Of a DNA stretch of 64,000 bases, positions 54,029 through 62,643 are shown piece by piece (position 1 is the stretch's first letter; each line of letters begins with the position of its first letter). Source of the DNA: a virus (lineage: Duplodnaviria; Heunggongvirae; Uroviricota; Caudoviricetes); the IMG/VR virus record IMGVR_UViG_3300037418_001222; one strand, 5' to 3'. The translations under genes were made by a program, and so were the position numbers. Under the pieces are notes generated by a model. It did no database searches. It had not been told where the DNA came from and was given only the letters and a program-made list of their open reading frames with translations.

Positions 54029-54069
54029 GTAAAACTCCTTTACAATTTTTGAGAGTAAGTGTCTATCAC

Positions 54070-54255
54070 TTACTTTACGTAAACTTTTTTGTCACTTTGT
54101 GGGCATTTAATAAAACGGCAAAGATCAGATCCTCCGGCGTAATCATAATGTATGAATTCATTAACTTCAGATAAGAGGTACTCAAGAATTGATGAACAAT
54201 TCTTACAAGTGACTCTATGAACATATTGGGGATCAGATCCAATAACCTTAACCAT
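54070..54255 (-). CDS. zinc-ribbon small protein (61 aa; CKNC...CRFIKC)
   Basis: Two Cys pairs. Confidence 0.4.
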   Translation of the reverse strand: MVKVIGSDPQYVHRVTCKNCSSILEYLLSEVNEFIHYDYAGGSDLCRFIKCPQSDKKVYVK

Positions 54256-55210
54256 TCACTTTCTCCTGTGGAACGTGAACCTGCTTCTTACCAAAACCGG
54301 CTGATGGTTTTGCCTTATCTGGATTTTGCTTCATCCAATCCTGGACAAACCAAAGCTGACCACATCCACCACCAATTGTATCCTGTCCAGCAGGATCAAA
54401 TACACGAGTGTCATATCCACGAGATACAAGCTTTTCTGCAAAGTCCACTGCCAACTTTCGCTGAAAGTCATTAGTCGCTGGCATACCATCATTACGCTCA
54501 CAAATGACTGAAACCGTAGCACTAAATGCGTGTGGGGCAAATAGTTTAACTAGACGATCAACGTCTTCATCGGAAGTATTATCTTCGTGCGCACAATAGT
54601 TAAAGAACGGCTTTCTCTCATTAGAGACAGCAGTCATCCAAATCATTCCCTGAATAGCCATATCTTGTAGGTCCCACTTATTTTTAAATGGAACGAGTTT
54701 ATTTCGAGCTTCATCAGTAGATTCGTGTACAGAAAATTGCAAACCAACTGTTGGAATTTCTGCAGATGCTTTTAGGAATTCGTGCCAACTCTCTGTTCCA
54801 GATACGTTAGGTCCAGAAGTAGATACGAGCAGTCGGGCATGGGGATACTTCTCATAGAGCGTATACATCGCTGGAATGAGAGCCTTCAAGTTAAGAAGAG
54901 GTTCGCCCATTGACATGAACATCACCTGGAGCTTCTTCATATCTGAAGCACTCACTCCGGTCTGCTCGATGGAATAATCAACTTGATTGACAATTTCCTC
55001 AGAGGTAAGGTTCCGAACGAAATAGTCACCAGCTCCACAGAAACGGCAGCCAACCGGACAACCCGACTGAGTAGAACAGCAGATAACAGTCCTCTCTTCG
55101 TAAGTTGGATATCGATAGAGCACGCTCTCCGCTACGGCGTTATCTTTCGAATAGACGAATTTTGCTACGTTCTCTGCCTCGTCATCAATTCGCTTAATGT
55201 TATTCCACAT
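54248..55210 (-). CDS. radical SAM methyltransferase of the RlmN/Cfr family (N-terminally truncated relative to RlmN)
   Basis: CPVGCRFC (CxxxCxxC), MSMGEPLLN, LVSTSG, SVHE and C-terminal GGGCGQL correspond to RlmN blocks CALGCKFC, MGMGEPLLN, LSTSG, SLHA and AACGQL (recalled from memory). Confidence 0.65.
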   Translation of the reverse strand: MWNNIKRIDDEAENVAKFVYSKDNAVAESVLYRYPTYEERTVICCSTQSGCPVGCRFCGAGDYFVRNLTSEEIVNQVDYSIEQTGVSASDMKKLQVMFMSMGEPLLNLKALIPAMYTLYEKYPHARLLVSTSGPNVSGTESWHEFLKASAEIPTVGLQFSVHESTDEARNKLVPFKNKWDLQDMAIQGMIWMTAVSNERKPFFNYCAHEDNTSDEDVDRLVKLFAPHAFSATVSVICERNDGMPATNDFQRKLAVDFAEKLVSRGYDTRVFDPAGQDTIGGGCGQLWFVQDWMKQNPDKAKPSAGFGKKQVHVPQEKVNG

Positions 55211-55221
55211 ATCAAAGATCC

Positions 55222-56271
55222 TTATTTCGCTAGAGGAATAAAGTGAGTGATAATATCATAATGGTCGTCAAAGAGAAGTTCTCTCTTAATATCTACGAAT
55301 GGGACCCATCGAGCCTTCTCAGCGTCATCCGATCCCTTGATCTTAGGAAGTTTCCACTCTCCACCTTGTAGACCAATATGAGCTGCAAAAGTGATAGACC
55401 TACCCAGCTGAGATCGTCCTTTAGCAGAGAAGTTCTCAACCTTCTTGATACATCCTCTTAAGACTTTTTCTGGAACATCGATGCACGTCTCTTCCTTAAG
55501 TTCTCGGATGATTCCATCAATTGGAGTATTATCTTTGATAGCATCAAAGTATCCACCGGGAAGCGCCCAGAGACCGCGACCGGGATGAGCTCTCCTCTTG
55601 ATAAGGAGAATGTGTCCAGATTGGACCACAACTGCGTCGCATGTAACGGCGACAACTGGATATGGAAGAAGTCCTCTATATCGTTCCTTGCAGGCATCGA
55701 TTATCTTCTTTTCATCCATAATATTCTGGTAATGTTCAGTCTCTCGAAATAAACGAAGAAACTGTAGAACTGAAGTAGGAACAACCCCAACCAACCAACT
55801 CTCGTTATAACATGGAGAAAAGTATAGGTTTCGAATGTCTGTAGCGTTCAGAATCTCAACGGGCTCGATGTCGATATATTCCCATTGAGGGAACATCTCA
55901 AGATACTCCTTGGTCTCATTGTCCTTCTTGTGACCAATGAGACCAACGACTCCATTCTCATGTTTACTAACGATATTTTGAATTCTGGCAACCCATCCAT
56001 CATCATCATAGAGAGTATCTACGTTATATTCGATAACAAATGACGCTAGAGTAGAATCAGATATTCTACGTAATTCTGGGATCATCATCTTATGACGCTC
56101 CTCAACCGTCCACGGATTCTTCGGTGAACGGGGTGCGTATGCAGATCCAATGATGATGATTACTTGCTTAGCGAGCTTTCCAGCTCTTTCGAGTAGCTCT
56201 ATATGAGCTTTATGGAGACCTTGAAATCTCCCGAGTACGACTAGTGTATCATATTTCTTATTCATTCGCAA
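55222..56271 (-). CDS. natV: bifunctional NMN adenylyltransferase / Nudix ADP-ribose pyrophosphatase (NadM-Nudix, NatV-like)
   Basis: N-terminal nucleotidyltransferase GRFQGLHKAH (HxGH); C-terminal Nudix box GGYFDAIKDNTPIDGIIRELKEETCI. Confidence 0.8.
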   Translation of the reverse strand: MRMNKKYDTLVVLGRFQGLHKAHIELLERAGKLAKQVIIIIGSAYAPRSPKNPWTVEERHKMMIPELRRISDSTLASFVIEYNVDTLYDDDGWVARIQNIVSKHENGVVGLIGHKKDNETKEYLEMFPQWEYIDIEPVEILNATDIRNLYFSPCYNESWLVGVVPTSVLQFLRLFRETEHYQNIMDEKKIIDACKERYRGLLPYPVVAVTCDAVVVQSGHILLIKRRAHPGRGLWALPGGYFDAIKDNTPIDGIIRELKEETCIDVPEKVLRGCIKKVENFSAKGRSQLGRSITFAAHIGLQGGEWKLPKIKGSDDAEKARWVPFVDIKRELLFDDHYDIITHFIPLAK

Positions 56272-56318
56272 AACTCCTTTGCGTTATCACAGAACGAGTC
56301 TATCTCGTTCTTCCTTAT

Positions 56319-56558
56319 TTATCCTCTTAATCTTGGAGTCCATTCTCTCCATTTACCGTAGTGGAAGTTCTCTTCTTTCTGTTTCTTTGAGTTAATGGTG
56401 AACTCTGGTTCACCAAGAGCTTCGAGAATATCGTATTTTAGCTCGTTCCATTCAGTTGCAAAGCATAGTCCAATTGCTTGGACTCGATCTGGACTATATG
56501 GAACTTCTTTTTGTCGGGAGAGTAATTCATCATGAAGTGAGATGAGATTATCAAACAT
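56319..56558 (-). CDS. hypothetical protein (79 aa)
   Basis: ORF. Confidence 0.4.
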   Translation of the reverse strand: MFDNLISLHDELLSRQKEVPYSPDRVQAIGLCFATEWNELKYDILEALGEPEFTINSKKQKEENFHYGKWREWTPRLRG

Positions 56559-56767
56559 TAGCTTTCCATAGCCAAGATAGCGGTGACCTTTGGGCTGCCA
56601 ATAATTCTAGAACCAAACATCATTGGTTCTTTGGAATTTCTCAGCATGCCTTTGACATCTTCCTTTGCTTGTTCTGTTATCTGCTTCATGGTACAGTCAG
56701 GACCCCAACAGCTTTTCACTGGAATTTCTAAAGTAATAGTAACTCTTGCAGAAACTGAATTACTCAT
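56558..56767 (-). CDS. hypothetical protein (69 aa)
   Basis: ORF, coupled. Confidence 0.4.
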   Translation of the reverse strand: MSNSVSARVTITLEIPVKSCWGPDCTMKQITEQAKEDVKGMLRNSKEPMMFGSRIIGSPKVTAILAMES

Positions 56768-56975
56768 AGACCGTTACTCCATTGCAAGTAACTTTCATTG
56801 GATCGATTGGTTTCTTTCCAGTGAAGACTCGACCCTTTCCTCCTGTCTCTTCACTTTCCCATTCATCATATAGTGGAATAGGAGGAATTGTATCTCCGTT
56901 TTTAAGAGCTTGCCAACAAGCCTGAGCATATCCCCACTGAATATTATGGCGATTATTGCCAGTTAGCTTTGCCAT
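56760..56975 (-). CDS. hypothetical protein (71 aa)
   Basis: ORF, coupled. Confidence 0.4.
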   Translation of the reverse strand: MAKLTGNNRHNIQWGYAQACWQALKNGDTIPPIPLYDEWESEETGGKGRVFTGKKPIDPMKVTCNGVTVYE

Positions 56976-57105
56976 TAATCACCACCATTCTTAATCTGCT
57001 TATAAAGTTCAAACAATAATACTGAAACGCCAGCCCATAACAAAATAACCATAGGAGCAAGGATTAAAATTAAAGCAATCGTACCAATATCCATTTCAAC
57101 CTCAT

Positions 57106-57143
57106 TTGAAAAGAAGGGGAGAGATGTTTAGTCCCTCCCCTTC
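57106..57143 (-). terminator. rho-independent terminator after the SPFH gene
   Basis: GAAGGGGAG-agatgtttagtcc-CTCCCCTTC; minus strand followed by TTTTCAA, plus strand by aaTTTCTT. Confidence 0.6.
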
Positions 57144-57149
57144 AATTTC

Positions 57150-57980
57150 TTACTTGTCGATTGAAATCATGGGAGTGCCATTACCCATGACCTGGGGAAG
57201 GTGCCCGTCCCACTTCTCGAGTTTGGTCTGCTCAAGGATCTCAGGATTAGAGCGAATGGCATCACCCTTGATCTGCATGGCCTTAGCATCACCCTCGGCT
57301 TCAGCAATCTTGGCATTAGCATTTGCCTGAACAGTAGCCACGTTAGCCTGAGCCGCGAGCGCCTGCTGTTCATTAGCGATCTTAGCATTGATCTGCTGCA
57401 TCACCTGATCCGGAACTCGAATATTCGAAGCCCAGTAGAGCTGATCGACGACGAGTCCATAAGGAGCGAAGTACCTCTGAACATCAGCAAGAGCCTTATT
57501 AGCGAGCTCTGCCTTACGAGGTCCATAGATATCCTCAACTCCCATCTGAGAGGCTTCCTCGACGATAGCATTTCGAACAGAGTTCCTCAATGGACCAGCT
57601 ACGATTCCATCCATATCGGTACGATACTTCTGGAATAGAATCGGCGCCTTGGCCGCGTCGACATGATAAGCAACAGCGACGTCGGCAGTCAGACCAAGAC
57701 CATTCTTATCCTGGAAGGTGATCTCCTCGTTATTAGCCTTGCCCTCGTCTGAGGAGCGAGTCCAAGTATATGTAGAGGTGAACACCGGATATTCGTAGAT
57801 GCTGGTTCCAGGAAGAGTGACATACTTTCCGACAGGAAGAGCAACGTTAGATACGCCAGCCGAACTACCGAAGTTCGAAACCTTAATACCAACATGCCCG
57901 GGATGAACACTGGAGCAACTGGTTAGTCCTCCGATGATGAGGAACAAGACAAATGCTACCGCACCAATTAATTTACCCAT
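57150..57980 (-). CDS. SPFH/band-7 (prohibitin-like) lipoprotein
   Basis: Signal peptide plus lipobox GGLTSC; SPFH core followed by a coiled-coil Ala/Gln-rich tail (QQALAAQANVATVQANANAKIAEAEG). Confidence 0.65.
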   Translation of the reverse strand: MGKLIGAVAFVLFLIIGGLTSCSSVHPGHVGIKVSNFGSSAGVSNVALPVGKYVTLPGTSIYEYPVFTSTYTWTRSSDEGKANNEEITFQDKNGLGLTADVAVAYHVDAAKAPILFQKYRTDMDGIVAGPLRNSVRNAIVEEASQMGVEDIYGPRKAELANKALADVQRYFAPYGLVVDQLYWASNIRVPDQVMQQINAKIANEQQALAAQANVATVQANANAKIAEAEGDAKAMQIKGDAIRSNPEILEQTKLEKWDGHLPQVMGNGTPMISIDK

Positions 57981-57995
57981 AATATAGATCGTCTC

Positions 57996-58187
57996 CTATT
58001 TGCTAACCTCTTTTGCAAGAGCATTAACGATTTTTGCTACAATTGGAATGTACACAAGAAGCCCTAATACTGCAACTACAAGAATGACAGTATTGTGAGC
58101 ATTGAAGGCCAGAGCAAAGCCGACTCCCAGACTACCGGTCAATGTGACCAATAGAATTGTGAGCAAATAGACTTTAGTTAAATTCAT
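57996..58187 (-). CDS. small membrane protein (63 aa)
   Basis: Hydrophobic ORF. Confidence 0.4.
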   Translation of the reverse strand: MNLTKVYLLTILLVTLTGSLGVGFALAFNAHNTVILVVAVLGLLVYIPIVAKIVNALAKEVSK

Positions 58188-58245
58188 AATTAGCCTCCAA
58201 TAGATAATCCTATAAACTAGTGCCAGTCAAATGTAAACTACATTA

Positions 58246-58500
58246 TTACCAGTCACACAAGTGAGATAAACCATATTGTTTAAGATCACTAGCGATTGAC
58301 ATATACCTAAGAACATTCTCAATGCTCTTCTTGCATCTCTTATCCTGTAACAAATCGATAGCTTTATGTTCAGGAAAATCATCACCTTCTTCTTCTAATC
58401 TTTTCTCGTTTTCTTTAATAGATTCATCAAGACCAACTAACATATCTACTAAATTTGCTCTAGTGATACTATCTGCTACATCATAGTCTATAGTAATCAT
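58246..58500 (-). CDS. hypothetical protein (84 aa)
   Basis: ORF. Confidence 0.4.
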   Translation of the reverse strand: MITIDYDVADSITRANLVDMLVGLDESIKENEKRLEEEGDDFPEHKAIDLLQDKRCKKSIENVLRYMSIASDLKQYGLSHLCDW

Positions 58501-58910
58501 TTATTTGTCCTATTAAGGATATCAGAAACATTGTAATTCTTTGGATCAGGAACCTCGTCGAAATTGACATATGATGATAGTCTTATCTCTAAGAAGCGTG
58601 ATCCATCTAGTTTATATTGCCAAATAGAGACGAGCCCATTCATAGTTATCCATGATCCAAACTCTTGAGCTATAAAAGTATAGTCAGAACCAGAATATTG
58701 TAAAATATAGAGCCATTCTACATCATAGAGTTTTGGAGGCCTCTTTCCTTGTTCGGCGGCATCAACGATCTGGAGCTTGAGCTCCTCTATCTTCATTCTA
58801 TACCAATTGATTCGGTCTTGACTCATTTGAGATTTGATAGTATTCGCAAACTTCTTTCCAAGAGCGAATTTATCACTCTGATAGTCACCGGATGCGACAG
58901 AAATAATCAT
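58497..58910 (-). CDS. hypothetical protein (137 aa)
   Basis: ORF. Confidence 0.45.
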   Translation of the reverse strand: MIISVASGDYQSDKFALGKKFANTIKSQMSQDRINWYRMKIEELKLQIVDAAEQGKRPPKLYDVEWLYILQYSGSDYTFIAQEFGSWITMNGLVSIWQYKLDGSRFLEIRLSSYVNFDEVPDPKNYNVSDILNRTNK

Positions 58911-59491
58911 ACATTCTCCGAGAACTTCTCTACGACGATCTTTCTAAACTTAGATGCGTCATACTTCATGAATGGTTGATACTTTATTATCTTCCTACGA
59001 ATATCTTTCCAGATGGGGTCGTATTCTAGTGAATTATTCCACCGTCCAAAAGCTTTCGTAATATGGAGGAGAATAATGAGCGACTCCAGAGAAACTTGTC
59101 CTCCGAGGTACTTTTTAAGTAGTGGAGGATGTCCTCCAGCTTCCATTCTAAAGTTGTCGTCAAAGTTCGGCTCGAGGAGTTCCATTTCACATCTAAAATT
59201 GTAGGAAAGCGCTTGGTTCCTCTTGAGCCAGTCTTTGTATCGTCTTTCTGATGCGTCATTTGTAACTAATTCTCCAATCCAAATGCTTGGATCATTAATA
59301 AGATTTGCTAGGATGAATGATTGAGGATCTCTATGCTTAGATAGTTTATCGAAATAGAACTTGTCTCTTCTATTCTCAAATGAGTTTACCGAGGCAGATA
59401 CCTTACCGTTATACTTGAAGAAGCTGTAAGAGTCTCGAGTGAAGTGTTGCTTAAGAGCTAGATAGAGTTTGTAGACCTCGAATGGTGTCAT
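58907..59491 (-). CDS. hypothetical protein (194 aa)
   Basis: ORF. Confidence 0.5.
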   Translation of the reverse strand: MTPFEVYKLYLALKQHFTRDSYSFFKYNGKVSASVNSFENRRDKFYFDKLSKHRDPQSFILANLINDPSIWIGELVTNDASERRYKDWLKRNQALSYNFRCEMELLEPNFDDNFRMEAGGHPPLLKKYLGGQVSLESLIILLHITKAFGRWNNSLEYDPIWKDIRRKIIKYQPFMKYDASKFRKIVVEKFSENV

Positions 59492-59592
59492 GTTCTTTTC
59501 TCATTAGAGACCACGTCTTTCATTTAAGATCTGAATTCCAAATGTAATCACTACGACAATCAAAAATAAAATGTATAGGAACTCAAACATTA

Positions 59593-59808
59593 TTATTTCT
59601 CTGAATCGTTAACATAATTATGTCCAACGTATCCAGCACATGATAAGAATCGATTAAATATCTCTGCTAACCTATCATGAGTGATTGCCTCTCCTGATAT
59701 AGAGATATCTAATGTTTCTGGTGAGTCATTATCACAAGTTCTAACCATAGAGAACTTGAACGTCTCACAAAGATCTTTAACAATATCTTGTTGCATGATT
59801 ACAGGCAT
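59593..59808 (-). CDS. hypothetical protein (71 aa)
   Basis: ORF. Confidence 0.4.
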   Translation of the reverse strand: MPVIMQQDIVKDLCETFKFSMVRTCDNDSPETLDISISGEAITHDRLAEIFNRFLSCAGYVGHNYVNDSEK

Positions 59809-60299
59809 TATCGTCTCTTCCAGAAATTAAGGTGTTCAAGTAGTGGATTCAACCAATTTGTCATAACACAGAAGTTAGTATCAAATGGTGGCTTATGATG
59901 CTTGGCGTGTTGTTTGGGTGACTGAAGTATTCCAGTTTCTTGAAGTAGTTTAATAGCCTTTGGAGCCTTAGACGGTCTATGAGAGAAGTAGTGTATTTCA
60001 TTTGCTATAGCAGAACCAATCAAGAAAGTTATAGAGAAGACAGAAAGACCGAATAGAAGAAACCACATAGATCCAACTATGAGTGCAGTAACTATTGCGG
60101 CGAGATTGCGACCAATAAACCCATTCTTCTCAAATGCTAGAGGTTCTTTATGGTGAAGAGCATTAGGAACTATTATCCACTTACCAATTATCGGCCAGCT
60201 CTCATTTCCAAACGTATCTTCCCACCAGTGGAATACACCAGTGGCTAGGTCAGCTAATAACCATCCAAGAACTATCTGGCCTACGATTGAAAAGATCAT
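59808..60299 (-). CDS. His-box integral membrane protein of the fatty-acid desaturase/hydroxylase superfamily (TMEM189/CarF-like)
   Basis: Four His clusters (HWWED, HHKEP, HYFSH, HAKHH) separated by TM segments; 163 aa. Confidence 0.45.
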   Translation of the reverse strand: MIFSIVGQIVLGWLLADLATGVFHWWEDTFGNESWPIIGKWIIVPNALHHKEPLAFEKNGFIGRNLAAIVTALIVGSMWFLLFGLSVFSITFLIGSAIANEIHYFSHRPSKAPKAIKLLQETGILQSPKQHAKHHKPPFDTNFCVMTNWLNPLLEHLNFWKRR

Positions 60300-60523
60300 A
60301 TGTCAAATGGAAGTTTCGCTGAGGATTTAAGTATATTGAGGTTCTCTGCTTCGACTTGAACTCGAGCCTTTAGAACTTGATCACGCCTAATTAGAGCCGC
60401 CGCCGTCTCTACATCGATATCATTCTCATGACACCAGTGGCAGATAGCGTCGATAATATTAGACTCTTCTGTTTTTGTAAGTCTTTCGATCTCTTTAGCG
60501 AGATCGACATTAAATTTTGACAT
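60296..60523 (-). CDS. hypothetical protein (75 aa)
   Basis: ORF. Confidence 0.4.
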   Translation of the reverse strand: MSKFNVDLAKEIERLTKTEESNIIDAICHWCHENDIDVETAAALIRRDQVLKARVQVEAENLNILKSSAKLPFDI

Positions 60524-60524
60524 C

Positions 60525-60791
60525 TCAATCTTCGTGTTGATAGTGAACCATAGTATGCTTGTCCATTATAAACCATACTAGGCACTGTGTAAAGGCAAAA
60601 GTGAAGAGAATAATCTCTAGTGTAGGACCAATGAGGAGATACGCGAGAAACACAGTCATAACATCTGTAGCTAGTATGGTTAAGTAGAATGCTACTCGTT
60701 CATAAGGACAAGCAATATTAACCATAGCATAACCAGCAAGAATAAATCCAGCTAGAATGCCTAGGACTATTGGAATCCAATACAAAATCAT
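60525..60791 (-). CDS. membrane protein (88 aa)
   Basis: Hydrophobic ORF. Confidence 0.4.
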   Translation of the reverse strand: MILYWIPIVLGILAGFILAGYAMVNIACPYERVAFYLTILATDVMTVFLAYLLIGPTLEIILFTFAFTQCLVWFIMDKHTMVHYQHED

Positions 60792-60794
60792 GAT

Positions 60795-61118
60795 TTAGTG
60801 CTTGTAGAGTTGCCTCGCCTTAGATGGATCATCGTCCATCATATTAATCACTGCTTCGAGTTGCCTGGCGTATTCGACTAAGATTAGAAGATCGTCAGAG
60901 TTTACATACACGTTACGCGAATTGTTTGACTTAAGAACCTTTAGTTCTAGATCATCAATAAGCTTTGTCATTATCGAATGTTTACAAACATTGCCCATTG
61001 AAGCGCCCTCCTCTTGGCGCTCATTATTTATGGTAGCAATGGGCCTGGAAGCAATGTAAGTTATTGCTGATAATAAAATAGATGTGGCGACTAAGCCTAT
61101 GAGGAGATTACGTTTCAT
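60795..61118 (-). CDS. secreted/periplasmic small protein (107 aa, signal peptide)
   Basis: N-terminal MKRNLLIGLVATSILLSAITYIAS. Confidence 0.45.
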   Translation of the reverse strand: MKRNLLIGLVATSILLSAITYIASRPIATINNERQEEGASMGNVCKHSIMTKLIDDLELKVLKSNNSRNVYVNSDDLLILVEYARQLEAVINMMDDDPSKARQLYKH

Positions 61119-61137
61119 GTGTAATACTATAAGAAGA

Positions 61138-61213
61138 TGGAGCCCCCGCGGGGAGTCGAACCCCGTGCTGCTGGTTTAGAAGACCTGCGCCCGAAATCCG
61201 TCGGCGAGGGCTC
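61138..61213 (-). tRNA. tRNA-Arg (anticodon UCU), 76 nt with encoded CCA
   Basis: Minus strand GAGCCCTCGCCGACGGATTTCGGGCGCAGGTCTTCTAAACCAGCAGCACGGGGTTCGACTCCCCGCGGGGGCTCCA. T-arm CGGGG-TTCGACT-CCCCG; anticodon arm CAGGT-CTTCTAA-ACCAG places UCU at 34-36. Acceptor and D-arm need wobble or shifted pairs. Confidence 0.65.
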
Positions 61214-61217
61214 AAAA

Positions 61218-61472
61218 TTATTTCTTATTTATAGAAGCCGAAGGAAGTATATCCCAGAAGGTGATCTTCTTATGAGCTAGAATTCTGAACACTAGAGTTG
61301 CTATCCAGAGACCAGCTGTAACGATCTTATCGACATTTCCGGCGGTGAGAATTAAAGCCCAAGAAGCTGGTAGTGCTCCACCAGATGCTGCCGATGAGAT
61401 TACGGCTGAGATCGCGGTCAATAGTCCAAACCAAATAGTTCTAGACTGCCACCACTTCTTAGTCTCGTCCAT
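61218..61472 (-). CDS. small membrane protein (84 aa, 2 TM; holin-like topology)
   Basis: Two hydrophobic helices and a charged C-terminus. Confidence 0.4.
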   Translation of the reverse strand: MDETKKWWQSRTIWFGLLTAISAVISSAASGGALPASWALILTAGNVDKIVTAGLWIATLVFRILAHKKITFWDILPSASINKK

Positions 61473-61659
61473 CTATATTCCTATCGTTTACGTACTCGGT
61501 ATTTATTTCAACCATATCATCTATCTCAATGACAGACAATAGATCACCAAAATAAGAGAGTGAGTCTATCTTATCTTGTGCCTCTTCTTTAGTTTGGAAC
61601 CTTCCAAACTGCCAGAGGATTTTTCCACAATCAACAATAGCCCAAGTCATCTCGTGCAC
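61459..61659 (-). CDS. hypothetical protein (66 aa)
   Basis: ORF. Confidence 0.35.
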   Translation of the reverse strand: MHEMTWAIVDCGKILWQFGRFQTKEEAQDKIDSLSYFGDLLSVIEIDDMVEINTEYVNDRNIDGRD

Positions 61660-61822
61660 TACTATCTTTCGACTTAATGGGATCTTTCGACTTACCGTTA
61701 ATAATGTAGTTCATAAGTTCATCAGCCACATGGATGACTTGTTGATGACTAGAATGTGGCCATATCTCACGTGCTAATTCAAGGCAAGAAAGTCTTAGTG
61801 AATAAAATTCCGAACTAGTCAT
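61631..61822 (-). CDS. hypothetical protein (63 aa)
   Basis: ORF. Confidence 0.35.
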   Translation of the reverse strand: MTSSEFYSLRLSCLELAREIWPHSSHQQVIHVADELMNYIINGKSKDPIKSKDSSARDDLGYC

Positions 61823-62109
61823 GACGCGTTGGTATTTCCAGCGTTATGAGATTCGGCACCGGCCTGAAGACCATCACTCAACATGATGCATGAGGTGATA
61901 AAGTCTAATCTCTTCTGAGGTGTGTCTAGTCTTTCGTGAGCAATGACATCCTTAGCTGTCGACTTACCAGTCATAATATTGATACAATCTTGTTCTCGAA
62001 CCAGAGTGTATGCCTCAATCTGTTGTTCAGTTGGTTCTGACTTGGCTACCGGAGCGGAGAAGGCTGGTGATGCGGTTACTAACAATGCCGCAATGATCAA
62101 TGATTTCAT
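61819..62109 (-). CDS. secreted small protein (96 aa, signal peptide)
   Basis: MKSLIIAALLVTASPAFSAP. Confidence 0.45.
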   Translation of the reverse strand: MKSLIIAALLVTASPAFSAPVAKSEPTEQQIEAYTLVREQDCINIMTGKSTAKDVIAHERLDTPQKRLDFITSCIMLSDGLQAGAESHNAGNTNAS

Positions 62110-62433
62110 GGAGAAGCTTTCGTTTGAATGAAGTGGGAGCTTCTGTTGCTAGGTGCTCCCGAACCCCGGAGACCTGATTAGGCAGCTAGTGCCATGTCTC
62201 CAGCGAACGAGTTATCGTTTGCGTTTACTTTTTTGATCTGTCTAGGTAGATCAAACCTGAACGAAGAATTCTACTAATCATCTTACGTCGAAACCATTCG
62301 CCCCCATATCTATTTTGTTGGTGGAGGCGGAGGGTAATGAGCCCTCGTCCGTACAAACTTTTGTAGTTTCTATTTACGTCCATTATTCACCATCAGCATT
62401 TCTGCATCAGGTAGAATTTCTAATCTATTTATT

Positions 62434-62462
62434 CTTATACTACACTATTCTTAAAATGTCAA
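62434..62462 (-). promoter_or_regulatory. sigma70-type early promoter (TTGACA-N17-TATAAG) with ~330-nt leader
   Basis: Minus: cttgTTGACAttttaagaatagtgtagTATAAGaata. Confidence 0.5.
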
Positions 62463-62643
62463 CAAGTATTTTAATCTAAGAACCTTATAATCTGGAGAGG
62501 ACTCGGAAGATCTGGATTCTTATCATTAATATACTTGACGTGACTAATGATATCCTCTTTATCTCTCCATGGAACGCACTCACCATTGACTACTCGGCCT
62601 GTGCACCTACGCATGGATCCATTGCCAAACATGATGTCGGCTC

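Noticed and set aside
57167-57910. ORFs 57167-57388(-), 57201-57638(+), 57689-57910(-) inside the SPFH gene
   Set aside because: They are alternate frames within a gene that has a clear signal peptide, lipobox and SPFH domain.
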